Origin: Octopus sinensis
Taxonomy: Eukaryota
NCBI RefSeq assembly: GCF_006345805.1
Contig: NC_043014.1
Location: 43,214,001 to 43,278,000, forward strand
DNA length: 64,000 nt
Direction: 5' to 3'
The notes under the pieces are model-generated. The model was not told the origin of the DNA, did not search any database, and saw only the letters and a list, made by a program, of their open reading frames with translations. The stretch's first letter is position 1; every line of letters starts with the position of its first letter. The translations under genes and the position numbers were made by a program. This document shows, piece by piece, positions 1 through 12,374 of this stretch.

Positions 1-246
1 ATATATATATATATACACACACACACATACGCAGATATTTATATATATATACAAATACACAGACATTTATATATATAAAACTCCTTTATACACATGCACG
101 TGCACCTTCGTTTTGGGATCACCACTACTTTATTATCTCCCCTTTTCCCTAGTTCTCCTTTATGACCCTTCTGTCTGGCATTCGCCATGATAGATCGCTA
201 GCCACTACACATTCTTTATTTTCTCTCCTTGTTTCTTTCTGTGTTC

Positions 247-282
247 CTTTCTATGGAAGAGCATAGGCTTGAAACATGAAAG
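247..282 (+). ncRNA. Degenerate minimal hammerhead-like motif at a Penelope-type repeat end
   Basis: CTTT-CTATGGA-A-GAGC(atag)GCTT-GAAA-CA-TG-AAAG. Stem I CTTT/AAAG and stem II GAGC/GCTT are present, but the core deviates from CUGANGA. Confidence 0.4.
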
Positions 283-434
283 ACTTTTTCACTTCCCCAG
301 CATTATACTAATACATCTGTTTGTTGTCTACACCATTTCTCTTCGTCTTTTGTTTTTTTGTGAATATTCCCCGATATATCTATGTCTATATCTATATCTA
401 TCTATATATACACACACACACATATATATATACC

Positions 435-740
435 TTCTGCCGGTGGCATGTAAAAAGCACCATCCATTCCTGGCCGTTGCCAGCCTCGCCTGGCCCCCGT
501 GCCGGTGGCACATAAAAAGCACCATCTGATCGTGGCCCTTTGCCAGACTTGTCTGGCACCTGTGCCGGTGGCACGTAAAAAGCACCCACTACACTCATGG
601 AGTGGTTGGCGTTAGGAAGGGCATCCAGCCGTCGAAACATTGCCAGATCAAACTGGGCCTGGTGCAGCCTTCTGGCTTCCCAGACCCCAGTTGAACCGTC
701 CAACTGGAAATGCTAAACGATGATGATGATGATGCTGATG
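435..740 (+). mobile_element. SINE-like family C (internal ~60-bp GTGGCACATAAAAAGCACC modules, (GAT)n tail)
   Basis: Contains GTTGGCGTTAGGAAGGGCATCCAGC and ends AAACGATGATGATG. Many homologous copies occur in the window. Confidence 0.8.
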
Positions 741-1130
741 ATATGTATGTATTTATGTATATACGTACAGGTATATTGGTGCAAACAGGAAAAATAGACC
801 TCAAAATATGACTATATGTGTATTTTTATTGATATTTAGCAGAAGTAACAGAGTGACTAAAGCGCTGAGAGTTTTGTGCATTGGAACTTATGAAAATAGT
901 CATAGGTCAACAGCCTGTAAGTTTTTATAGCTATTGATATATGCAATCAGTTTTTTAGTTATCTTTTCTTTGGAGGTGTGGGAATATTTCTCATTGAGTA
1001 CAGTAGATGGTAAATCTCCATACTGGTATTTGAGTTTGTTGATAGAGCTCATCAAGATGTAGGCATCAACTGTAATCCATGAAAAATATTCCCATACAGC
1101 TGCTGAGGTGGACTAAGGTGTTATAACGGA

Positions 1131-1555
1131 GGCAGGTGAATGCAGATCAGTGATCAGGTTCTTATTCTTGAAAGGTTGTACACCAAAAGAGACTTTCGAT
1201 GAGATGAAAGAAGTTTAGGGTAACATGCACCATCATACGATGTAGTCAAGCACTGGCATTGCCAGTTCAAATGTGGTTAGACGTCAGTGGAAACTGCTCC
1301 TAATCCTGAATGACGACATTCCATCATTGATGACAGCAACTTCCATAAAGTGGAAGCGCTATTTTGGAGGATCACTGCATAATAATGTGGCAACTAGCTC
1401 AAGTAGTAGGGTCCATGGAAAAAACTATTCATGATCATTTGCACATGTGGAAGTTGTCTGCACAATGGATTCCCTGGATGCTCACACATATTTGGAAGCA
1501 GGAACAAGTCAATTGCTCCCAGGCTTTTTGGCAATGTGCCAAGAAAAGGAGGAAT
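1131..1555 (+). pseudogene. Mariner transposase N-terminal relic
   Basis: Translates with stops and frameshifts to ECRSVIRFLFLKGCTPKETFDEMKEV..APSYDVVKHWHCQFKCG..LHMWKLSAQWIPWMLT (HTH plus WVPxxL-like motif). Confidence 0.85.
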
Positions 1556-1559
1556 TTTT

Positions 1560-2025
1560 TGGCAGAATTCGAGGAGGGGGAGGAAAGGAGAAATTACTTC
1601 CTGGAAAGTTTCAAGGAGGGTGAGGATTTACTTCCTGGAAACTTCTGAGGATGGGGAGCAATTACTTCCTGGAAAGTTCCGACGAAGTGGAGGAATTATT
1701 TCCTGTAAAGTTCTGAGGAGGGGGAGAAATTACTTCCTGGAAAGTTCTGAGGGGGTAGGAATTATTTCCTGGAAAGTTCCCAGGAGTGGGAGGAATTAGT
1801 TCCTGCAAAATTCCGAGGAAGTGGGAGAAAAGAAGGAATACTTCCTGGAAAGTTCCAAGGAGTGGGAGGAAGGTGAGGAATTTGTTCCTGGAAAGTTCTG
1901 AGGAGGGGAAGAAGTACTTCCTGGAAAGTTCCGGGGATGGGGAGGAATTACTTCCTGGAAAGTTCCGAGGGGGGAATTACTTCCGGGAAAGTTCCAAGAA
2001 GGGGGCAATTACTTCCTGGAGGGTT
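1560..2025 (+). repeat. Degenerate purine-rich ~30-43-bp tandem repeat, core TTACTTCCTGGAAAGTTCC
   Basis: About 13 recurrences of the core, 10 of them matching TTCC[T/G]GGAA. Confidence 0.9.
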
Positions 2026-2284
2026 TAGCTTTATGGTGCATCATCAGACCCTAAAATATTTTGAAGAGTTCTTAGGCCAATGGGTTTTGGTGTTTGACAA
2101 TATGCCAGAAACCCTTTATGGCCAGGAAACCCATAGTAAACCCATAAACTTGACTTCCCCAATAAATTATAATCTGCTCTGCAGCTTAGAGTGTGCTTCT
2201 TCTCCAGATTTATCTTTTATACACATGATATAGATATATACATACATACACATGTGTACATAGAAAGGGATTGATGGATATGTA

Positions 2285-2343
<59 letters not shown>

Positions 2344-2346
2344 ATC

Positions 2347-2381
<35 letters not shown>

Positions 2382-2558
2382 GTATGTGTGTATATATATA
2401 TATATCATATCATCATCATCATCATCACCATCCTTTAATGTCTGTTGTTCATATATGCATATATATATATATACATATACATATATATATATATATTAAT
2501 ATATCATCATCATCATCATCATCGTTTAACGTTCGTTTTCCACGCTAGCACGGGTTGG

Positions 2559-2603
<45 letters not shown>

Positions 2604-2724
2604 CATATACAGAGTATGAGGGGTATTTGAGGTTATTTAATTATCAATACATTACTCCTCTTCAAACCAATTAAAAGGATTTTTATTTCTCTCTCTCTCA
2701 GATCTCCCATAGAAGATAAAATGC

Positions 2725-4090
2725 CAACACAAGAAATGAAAAGACATGCAATCATTGTTGCCAAATGCGCAGAACAGTAATTCACAAATTGCTAAATTTC
2801 TAAATGATGCAAGATCTTTTGTACACAAAGTTTTTAGTTGGCATTGGAAGCCACTAGTGGGAATGTTTCAACTTTATCAAAGACAAACAAAGCATTCTAA
2901 ATGTTCAGACACTATAAAGACACTACAGTTCATCCAGTGGGTTCAAAACGTTAATGATGATCCAAGGAAATCAATGAGGGCCATCACCAAAGAACTTCAG
3001 GGGTCAGAGTAGACTATCAGAACTTTGGTGCTTCAGGACGTTCGATACAAATCGTATGTATTGAAGAGAAGCTAATTCATCTCTATGAACACACAGTAAA
3101 ACCATTTTGTGGAGGCACATGGCCCAGTGGTTAGAGCAGCGGGCTTGTGGTCGAGGGATCATAGGTTCAAATCTAAGACTGGGCGATGTATATGTTTATG
3201 AGCAAAACACCTAAGATCCACGCGGCTCCGGCAGAAGGTAATGGCGAACTTCTGCTGACTCTTTCGCCACAACTTTCTCTCACTCTTTCCTCCTGCATCT
3301 TGCAGCTCACCTGCGATGGACCGGCGTCCCATCCAGGTGGGGAACCTATATGCCAAGGAAACCGGGAAACTGGCCCTTATGAGCCAGGGATGGCTCAAGA
3401 AGTAACAAACAACAAAAACCATTTGAGTCATAATTACTTAATATAATTAAAATCTTTCCTGAAATGGTATACTTTGGTTCTTCTCCAATGAGGAAATCTT
3501 CAGCCAAGACCAAAAATCTAACAGGAGAAATGACAGAGGGTAATATGCAGGACCTTTTGGTGTCCCCAGTTTGATGCCCACTAAGTTTCCAACAACTTGG
3601 AAATTTACTCAAAGGCCTTATTATTATGTAAGCTGGTAAAATCGTTACCAGTTGAGTGCTGGGGTTGTTGTAATGAGAATCATGCCATACCCTCTTATGT
3701 CTTTACATAGGTTCTTCAAATTTATGTTACTAGATATATTCAGGTGCTGGTAGCAGTTATTAAGCCCTAGATGGATGATGCACTCTGTGGAAGGCCATAC
3801 ATGCTTCAAAAAGACTCAGCACATTCACATAAAGCCCATGTAACCACAGGATGAGTGTTTCACAATCTTTATGTTCATGTAACACCAAACTCGCAGCCTC
3901 CAAACTCACCAGATTTAAACCCCGTGGATTACTACATTTGGGGTATCATTGAAAGGAAGGTTATTTGACATCCTTACAATACCACAGCTTACCTGAAGGC
4001 TGCCATGGTCCAGATAATGTCCAAAATGGTTCAGACTTGGTTCAGACATGTCAACGATTCCTGTCAGATTTTCTGCCATTATACCAAAGC
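2725..4090 (+). mobile_element. Decayed DD37D (maT-type) Tc1/mariner-superfamily transposase
   Basis: MKRHAIIVA..DDPRKSMRAITKELQ..WFFSNEE (3481; D1 changed to N)..QKDSAH (D at 3813)..SPDLNPVDYYIWG (D at 3927). There are 37 codons between the 2nd and 3rd D. Confidence 0.85.
3108..3414 (+). mobile_element. tRNA-derived SINE (family E, GGAGGC head) inserted in the maT relic
   Basis: A-box TGGCCCAGTGGTTAG and B-box GGTTCAAATC. Flanked by AAAACCATTT at 3098-3107 and 3415-3424. Confidence 0.85.
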
Positions 4091-4261
4091 AACCCTTCAA
4101 ATTTTCTTCTGTTATTTTAGAAGCTGTGTTCTTAACAGTGAAAATTGTGTTGTTTACATTAGAAGAATTTAGAAATTTTCATATGAAATAAATCATTTAT
4201 ACATACATACATGGCGGTGCCCCAGCATGGCCACAGCTCGTGAGCTGAAACTAGAATCAAT

Positions 4262-4430
4262 CAATCATACATACATACATACATACATACATACATACAT
4301 ACATACATACATACATACATACATACACATACATGCATACATACTTACACACATACATACATACATACATACATCCATCCATCCATACATCCATACATAC
4401 ATACATACATACATACATACATACATGCAA
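4262..4430. repeat. (TACA)n microsatellite
   Basis: Direct inspection. Confidence 0.95.
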
Positions 4431-4469
4431 TGCATGCATACCATACATATGTACGTACATAATCTACAC

Positions 4470-4670
4470 TTACTCTATCCAGATTACAAGTTCAGATTTA
4501 TACCTGTAATTATTGGGGCATTGGGATATGTAACACACTGCCTAAATACCAATCTTGAGAAGTAAGGCTTCTCAAAACCTGGAAGAAGAAAACTGATTCA
4601 AAGACTACAGATTGAAGCTATCACTGGAACTGTAAAAATCTGTAAAACTTCCCAGAAGTTTATCATTTAA
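4470..4670 (+). pseudogene. C-terminal end of a restriction-like-endonuclease (R4/NeSL-type) non-LTR retrotransposon
   Basis: LLYPDYKFRFIPVIIGALGYVTHCLNTNLEK*GFSKPGRRKLIQRLQIEAITGTVKICK. The PVIIGALG motif is typical of RLE C-termini. Confidence 0.7.
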
Positions 4671-4971
4671 GTATATATGAGCATGTATAGATATACAACT
4701 ATATGCATGAGAATACATACATAAAACAAAACATACAAATCTGCACATATACATACATACAAAAATAACCTTATGATGCTGAAATTCCAATGAAGGAGAC
4801 TTCAATCTAGGTTCGACACCAGCTCTTTTTCTGTTGACAAGAAATCTTGAAATAAATCTGAATAATAACATACGTAATACATGCATATATATGTATGTAT
4901 ATAAACACACATTCATACATACGTACGTACATACATACATACATACATACATATACATACATACATACATT

Positions 4972-5257
4972 ATTATGGCTGCCCCCTCGTTATCGAGTAT
5001 GGCCATTGCACGAAGCTTAACTGTTACTGGTGCTGTGATCGAATGTGAATTTTTAGCCCAGCTAAAGATCTACAATGTCTTGTACAAAATTGGCAACTAA
5101 AACCTTTACTGGTAATAGCCGGCTGTAGTTGTAACTGGGCTTCATGTACCTTTGCATGTTGTTTAAGTCCTCCTGCCAGATTACACTCTCTTCCACATGC
5201 CCGACAGATATGATTAGTATGGTGTGTAACACCACCATCAGTGGCCAGGTTGTCATA
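4972..5257 (-). mobile_element. 3' end of an RTE-like LINE with two C2H2-like fingers
   Basis: CRACGRECNLAGGLKQHAKVH..CQFCTRHCRSLAGLKIHIRSQH, then a stop, a short 3' UTR ending GCAGCCAT and an AAT tail. Confidence 0.65.
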
Positions 5258-5324
5258 CATACATACATACATACATACTCTGTTGATGTTGCTGAAATTC
5301 CAATGAAGGAACTTTGGATCTAGA

Positions 5325-6022
5325 TTAGAAACCAATTCTCTTTATTGGCAAGAAATCTTGAAATAAAACTGAATAACATACATAATACAGACATATATAT
5401 ATATATATGTGTGTGTGTATAAACACACACATACATACATACATACACATAAATACATACATACATACATACATGCATACATACATGCACACACATACAT
5501 ACATGCATACATACACACACACACATATATACATACATACACACATACATACATACACATACACATAGATACATACATACACACATACATACATACATAC
5601 ACACACATACACACATACATACATACATATACCAAACTCAATTACAGTAATGTTCTCAATATAACAAATTTGAATGAGAAACTGGTCCCTATTCATGCGC
5701 GTGCATCTGCACCCAGATATTGGAGGGAAATGTATTTATATCTGAGATCTGAGTGTGTATACACTTACATACATGCATATATATATATACATATATATAT
5801 ACACATATATATATATTCCTATATATATATATATATATACACACATATATATTCCTATATATATATATATATAGGAATATATATATATGTATATATATAT
5901 ATATGTGTATATATATATATATATATACATATATATGAATATATTCATGTAGTGTGTGTATGTATGTCTCATGCATGTATACATGTGTGAGTGAGTGTGT
6001 GTGTTTATGCATATATATATAT

Positions 6023-6071
<49 letters not shown>

Positions 6072-6163
6072 TACATATATAATATATATATTATATATAT
6101 ATATATATTATATATATATATATATAATATATGTATATATGTATATATATATATATATGTATA

Positions 6164-6200
<37 letters not shown>
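5325..6200. repeat. Compound (CA)/(TACA)/(TA) microsatellites
   Basis: Direct inspection. Confidence 0.95.
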
Positions 6201-6203
<3 letters not shown>

Positions 6204-6949
6204 GCACATACTGCCAATGGAAGCAGATGTAAAAAAAAAAAACAGTATATTTTTTTAACATATAACCAATAACCTTACAAATTTATCCATTTTGATACAT
6301 TCATTATATTTATTATATATTCTGTGATACATTAAAGAACTTATTTCCAAGATGCATTATGCCGTCTTTGTAATGCATCCTCTAGACATAGAATACATCG
6401 CTAGACGATATCGGCATCCATTTCTGAACAAAAACCCAAACAGAGGAAAACCTCCAACGTTTTCCACCATTGTGAAAACTGAATAAAGATTACAGAAATC
6501 CTAGATAAACTAATCTGGCAAACTGCTGGCAAAAAAGGATTATCCTCTGTACTAGATTATCTCGTGCACTAGATGCACTCAGATTATTTTCTCCAAAGGA
6601 ACATCTCTGTAGAAAACTGTATATAACGTTCCCATGTTTTTCTTATTTGTCTCAGACTTGTCCCTTTATCTACCGTATTCCTACAATTAGGCATAGACTC
6701 GCTGTTGTTTTTAGCCCATAAATCCCGAATACCCGTCGAGAACACCCAGATCAATAACTGCTGATATTTTTACCATTCCATCTTTCTGTGACTGTTTACT
6801 GTTTGGATTATGTATTTCTGTGGCAGACTTTGCTTTTTAATTTTAGATAAAACCAAAAATGAATAAATAAATAAAAATGCCACTTTGATCCTCGGTGTCT
6901 GTATTTGACGATCTTAATCATATATAAGCCTTCTAAATTTTTATATTCA

Positions 6950-7238
6950 TGCACACATATATATATATATATATATATATGCATATATATGTATATATAT
7001 ATATGTGTGTGTGTATATATATTTTCATATATATATATATATGTGTGTATATATATATATGTATATATATGTGTATATATATATATATGTATGTATATAT
7101 GTGTATATATACATATATATTTGTATATGTATATGTATATATCTGTGTGTGCGTGCACATATATGTGTGTGTGTAAATGTGTGTGTGTGTATATGTATAT
7201 TATATATACATATATTATCATTATCATTATTATTATTA

Positions 7239-7288
<50 letters not shown>

Positions 7289-7361
7289 TTTATCATTATT
7301 ATTATCATTACTATTATTATTATTATTATCATTATTATTATTATCATTATTATTATTTTTA

Positions 7362-7392
<31 letters not shown>

Positions 7393-7520
7393 AATTATTT
7401 TTATCATTATTATTATCATTACTATTATTATTATTATCATTATTATTATTATCATTATTATTATTATTATCATTATTATTATTATTATCATTATTATTAT
7501 TATCATTATTATTATTATTA

Positions 7521-7555
<35 letters not shown>

Positions 7556-7692
7556 ATTATTTTTATCATTATTATCATCAATATTAATATTATTATTATT
7601 ATCATCATTATTATTATCATTATTATTATTTTTATCATTATTATTATTATTATCATTATTATTATTATTATCATTATTATTATTATTATCAT
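6950..7692. repeat. (TA/TG)n followed by a ~480-bp (ATT/ATC)n microsatellite
   Basis: Direct inspection. Explains the poly-I/Y ORFs. Confidence 0.95.
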
Positions 7693-8178
7693 TTCTGTTA
7701 CAAATGTCTGCAACATAATATATGGCTTTTTGTTTGTTGTCGGAGGTGAGGGGTGGGCGTCGTTTTATTTTAATGCATTTTATTCCTTTGTTGTTTTTAT
7801 TTTTCTTTTTTATTTCTGCTATTCTTTTTTTGTTTGTTTGTTTATATATTTATTTATTTATTTTCATTAATACTTCAATTGTTTACGAAATAATGACTTC
7901 ATTTCTATTCCTGGACAAAATGTTCAACTTTGACCTTTCAGATCTTATACTTTTAATAACAAGAAAAAAAAAAAAAATTATGTTTGGAGCAAAGGGTGGT
8001 GATGGTGGTGATGATGGAGGGGGTGATGGTGGGGGTAGGGGAGGGAGTGTCTTAATCATTTACAAGAGGAAACAATGGTTCAGTGTTGATTCTGTGCATA
8101 AAATTGGGATTGGCAGAGCAGGGGGGACAGGTCACATGACTAATGTCACATAACTAATGCCACACTGGGCAAGCTGTG

Positions 8179-8216
<38 letters not shown>

Positions 8217-8324
8217 GGTGGTGTGGTGGTCTGTTGTTTTGTTCCTCCAAAACCCCTCCACTGTAAATTGATGGAGTTCATTCAGAAGGAGTGAGAAATA
8301 GAAAGAGATAGAGAAAGAAAGAGA

Positions 8325-8558
8325 TAAATATTTCTTTATTGCCCACAAGGGGCTAAACATAGAGAGGACAAACAAGGACAGACAAAGGGATTAAGTCGAT
8401 TACATTGACCCCAGTGCGAAACAGGTACTTTTATTTATCGACCCCGAAAGGATGAAAGGCAAAGTCGACCTCGGCGGAATTTGAACTCAGAACGTAATGA
8501 CAGACGAAATACCGTTAAGCATTCCACCCGGCGTGCTAACGTGTCTGCCAGCTCGGAA
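8325..8558 (-). mobile_element. tRNA-derived SINE family B
   Basis: Minus strand GAGCTGGCAGA..GAGTTCAAATTCCGCCGAGGTCGACTTTGCC..AAAGAAATA. Matches copies at 36277, 53146, 55040 and 59053. Confidence 0.85.
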
Positions 8559-8782
8559 AGAGATAAAGTAGAAGAAATCCTAGTACCTGGGCTGTATTTT
8601 ATCAACACAGGAGGAATGAAAAAACAAAGTTAACCTCAACAGGATTTGAACTCAGGATGCAAAATATGGGAACAATTAAAACAAGGCTCTTATCCAGTGA
8701 ATTAATAATTTTTTTGTATTGATCATCCTAAGCTGAACATGAAGATGTAATGTTTTAGTTAACATAACTATGTAAATGTTGT

Positions 8783-9158
8783 AGGCGCAGGAGTGGCTGT
8801 GTGGTAAATAGCTTGCTTACCAACCAAATGGTTCCGGGTTCAGTCCCACTGCGTGGCACCTTGGGCGAGTGTCTTCTACTACAGCCTCGGGCTGACCAAA
8901 GCCTTGTGAGTGGATTTGGAAGATGGAAACTGAAAGAAGCCCATCATATATATGTATATATATATCTATGCATGTGTGTGTTTGTGCATCTGTGTTTGTC
9001 CCCCTGTAACTTAGTGGTTCGGCAAAAAGAGACCGATAGAATAAGTACAAGGCTAACAAAGAATAAGTCCTGGGGTCGATTTGCTCGACTAAAGGTGGTG
9101 CTCCAGCATGGCCACTGTCAAATGAATGAAACAAGTAAAAGAGAGTAAAGAGAGAGTA
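8783..9158 (+). mobile_element. tRNA-derived SINE family A (full length)
   Basis: AGGCGCAGGAGTGGCTGTGTGGTAA..GGGTTCAGTCCC..GGCACCTTGGGC, an internal TA/TG tract and a GTAAAAGAG tail. Confidence 0.9.
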
Positions 9159-9646
9159 AACGTAATAAATGCAAAAAACATCGCATCATTAATTAGAAAT
9201 AATTATAGAGGGAGGAAAAAAATTAATCAATGATTAATTGCGGTGCCCCAGCATGGCCACAGCTCGTGAGCTGAAACTACGAGTAGATGAAATAAAAAAA
9301 AAATTTTAAATATTGTTTTAGATATTTCAACAATTAAGAGGTTCAACTCTGAACATGTTTCAATATTATTATGACCTTATCATCAAACCAAACTCTTTTA
9401 AGTAACACACTTTCTCAAACAGAAATCACAAAGGAATAATTTTACACCCTAAGGATTTGTCCTTTGCTGTTTATCTTGTCAATTAGGAAACAATCTTGCC
9501 ATGTTTACTCTAATTTTCCCCTGTTGAATAGTTTATCAGTTCCATGTTTTGTTTATGGCTAACACAGTCCACTCATGATGGTTCATTCCAACGAGCTGGA
9601 GATTTCTGTAATTACTATGCTGTTGTTCCCAAGCTCATTGACATCT

Positions 9647-10701
9647 TGTCAGCTCTCATTTAAGAAAACTTATGATCAAAAGCATTCAGCCACGGCAATA
9701 TTGTCTTTTTTGTATAAGCAACAAAACATCCATGAACTGAAAACCCTAAAACAAATATTACCCTAGTCAGAATTAATTTGAAATCCTTATGAAAGATAAT
9801 CATGCAATAACAATATATGGTATAATACATACAATAAAAACCACCACAAACCAAGAACCCAAGAAACCCTAAACAAGTTTAACCCACAAAAATTAGAATT
9901 TCAATTAAGGACAACTTAGAATTATGGCACATCTATCATCCATCATCAGCTGCTTAACAGATATCATTGTGGTTTTTACACCTGGGAACTTAGACTTCAT
10001 TTTTCAGTCTTTACTTTTTTTTTCAACTAAAACAGTAAGACATGTCAGCTCTCATTTAAGAAAACTTATGATCGAAAGCATTCAGCCACGACAATATTGT
10101 CTTTTATGTAAATGCAACAAAACCTCCATGAACTGAAAACCCTAAAACAAATATTACCCTAGTCAGAATTAAAATCCTTATGAAAGATAATCATGCAATA
10201 ACAATATATGGTATAATCATCATCATCATCATCATCATCATCTGCAATGCAGTCAGTGAGTTTGGGGAACAAAGAAGAGAATCGCTTAAAGACAAGAGAC
10301 GCAGGAGGAAGGCACGAGCCACCCCTGACATCACACCAAATGTTACCTTCGTCTGTGGACACTGCTCACAGACTTGCCTTTCCCATATCGGACTTTTCAG
10401 TCATGAGCATGCATGCACGCGACGTGGACAGCCTTCCTGATCTTCATTCGCGAAGCCGAGCCATGATATGGTATAATACATAGAATAAAAACCACCACAA
10501 ACCAAGAAACCAAGAAACCCTAAACAAGTTTAACCCATAAGAATTAGAATTTCAATAAAGGACAACTTAGAATTATGGCAAACAAATACATCAATCACCC
10601 ATCATCAGCTTCTTAACAGATATCATTGTGGTTTTGACACTCGGGTACTTAGACTACATTGTTCAGTCTTACTTTTTTTTTAACTAAAACAGTAAGACAT
10701 G
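9647..10701 (+). repeat. Tandem duplication of a ~397-bp unique segment
   Basis: 9647-10043 is repeated at 10043-10701, where it carries a 260-bp insertion. Confidence 0.9.
10218..10465 (+). mobile_element. RTE-like LINE 3' fragment with inverted (CAT)8 tail and 12-bp TSD
   Basis: KDKRRRRKARA..FVCGHCSQTCLSHIGLFSHEHAC*. ATATGGTATAAT occurs at 10206-10217 and 10466-10477. Confidence 0.85.
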
Positions 10702-11129
10702 ATTTGAGTGGATTTCATTGCTATGACCAGCAGGTTGAATAAGAATAGAGAGACCCCAGTATTAACTAAACTCTTAGTATTAGTATGAACAACGGTTTCT
10801 ACAAGTGGTGGGAGCACTAAGTGAGTGCTTTGTAAACTTCCAGTATCATCCTCCTCCTCATCATTCTCATTATTATCACTAACATTTTAACATCCGATTT
10901 TCCATGCTTGTTTTGGTTGGACGGCTTTCAAATTCTCTTTAATAGTCAACAGTTAGGTAAATTATCCATTGATGGATGAGTTTGAATGGCAAAGGTCAAG
11001 CAATTCTGTTTATCACACTTGAGTGAGATAAACATAATTGAGGATTGATACTTGGAATATAGATATATTCAATTTGATCAAATGATAAGACTCAAGTTTA
11101 TTTATACCAATAGGCAAAAGGCAAACAAA

Positions 11130-11449
<320 letters not shown>

Positions 11450-11987
11450 AGGCACAACAATTCTGATGAAAAAATAAAATAATTTGATTTGATATTTTGA
11501 CCATAAAAGGACCTAGTCATGAGTAGAAATATCACAGGGGATATAAATTAATATCTTATATCACCAAACATCTACAGACTGTGTTTATTAAATCAACATG
11601 ATAGTTATGCTTATCTAGTAAAATCTAACAAACTGTTTTGATGATTTCATTTAGAAATATATATATCTATGAAATCAATATCTAAATTAAATCTAAATAA
11701 TATCTTTACAGACTCTGTGTATCCAGTGGATATCAGCAGATATCGCACCAGTTAATATTTCCAAACTGCGTTTCATAAATTTGTTTCTCTACTATACTCT
11801 GTATTACTCTATTTTACCCTGTTTTACTCTTGTTCTGGTTCTGGTTCTGGTTTCTGTCATTGGACTATGGCCATGCTGGGGCACAGTTCTACCTTTGAGA
11901 ATTTAGTCAAGTCAAGTATTTCGAACCAAGCTCTCTTTCACTGTGGTATTTATTTTAACAGTTCTCATTTGTTGTACTGCTATGTTA

Positions 11988-12310
11988 TCATCATCATCAT
12001 CATCATCATCGTTTAACGTCCGCTTTCCATGCTAGCATGGGTTGGACGGTTCAACTGGGGTCTGGGAAGCCAGAAGGCTGCACCAGGCCCAGTCTGATCT
12101 GGCAGTGTTTCTACAGCTGGATGCCCTTCCTAATGCCAACCACTCCGAGAGTGTAGTGGGTGCTTTTTATGTGCCACCTGCACAGGTGCCAGACGAGGCT
12201 GGCAAACAGCCACGATTGGATGGTGCCTTTTACGTGCCACAGGCACGGGGGCCGGGTGAGGCTGGCATCGGCCACGATCGGATGGTGTTTTTTACGTGCC
12301 ACCGGCAGTA
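11988..12310 (-). mobile_element. SINE-like family C
   Basis: (CAT)n GTTTAACGTCCGCTTTCCATGCTAGC..CTGGATGCCCTTCCTAATGCCAAC. Confidence 0.85.
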
Positions 12311-12374
12311 CAACATAAATAGCATAAACTCGTGCATGCACACACACACACACATACATTACATTCAAACATAT

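Noticed and set aside
5027-5255. Host C2H2 zinc-finger gene
   Set aside because: It lacks TGEKP linkers and is followed by a LINE-like 3' UTR and tail.
6340-6800. LINE CCHC knuckle (LCRLCNAS)
   Set aside because: Only CxxC is present, and the downstream H/C and endonuclease motifs are not traceable.
6808-7870. 300-aa Ile/Tyr-rich ORFs
   Set aside because: Translations of ATT/TA microsatellites.
8783-8860. tRNA genes at SINE heads
   Set aside because: A/B boxes are present but there is no complete cloverleaf, and they run into SINE bodies.
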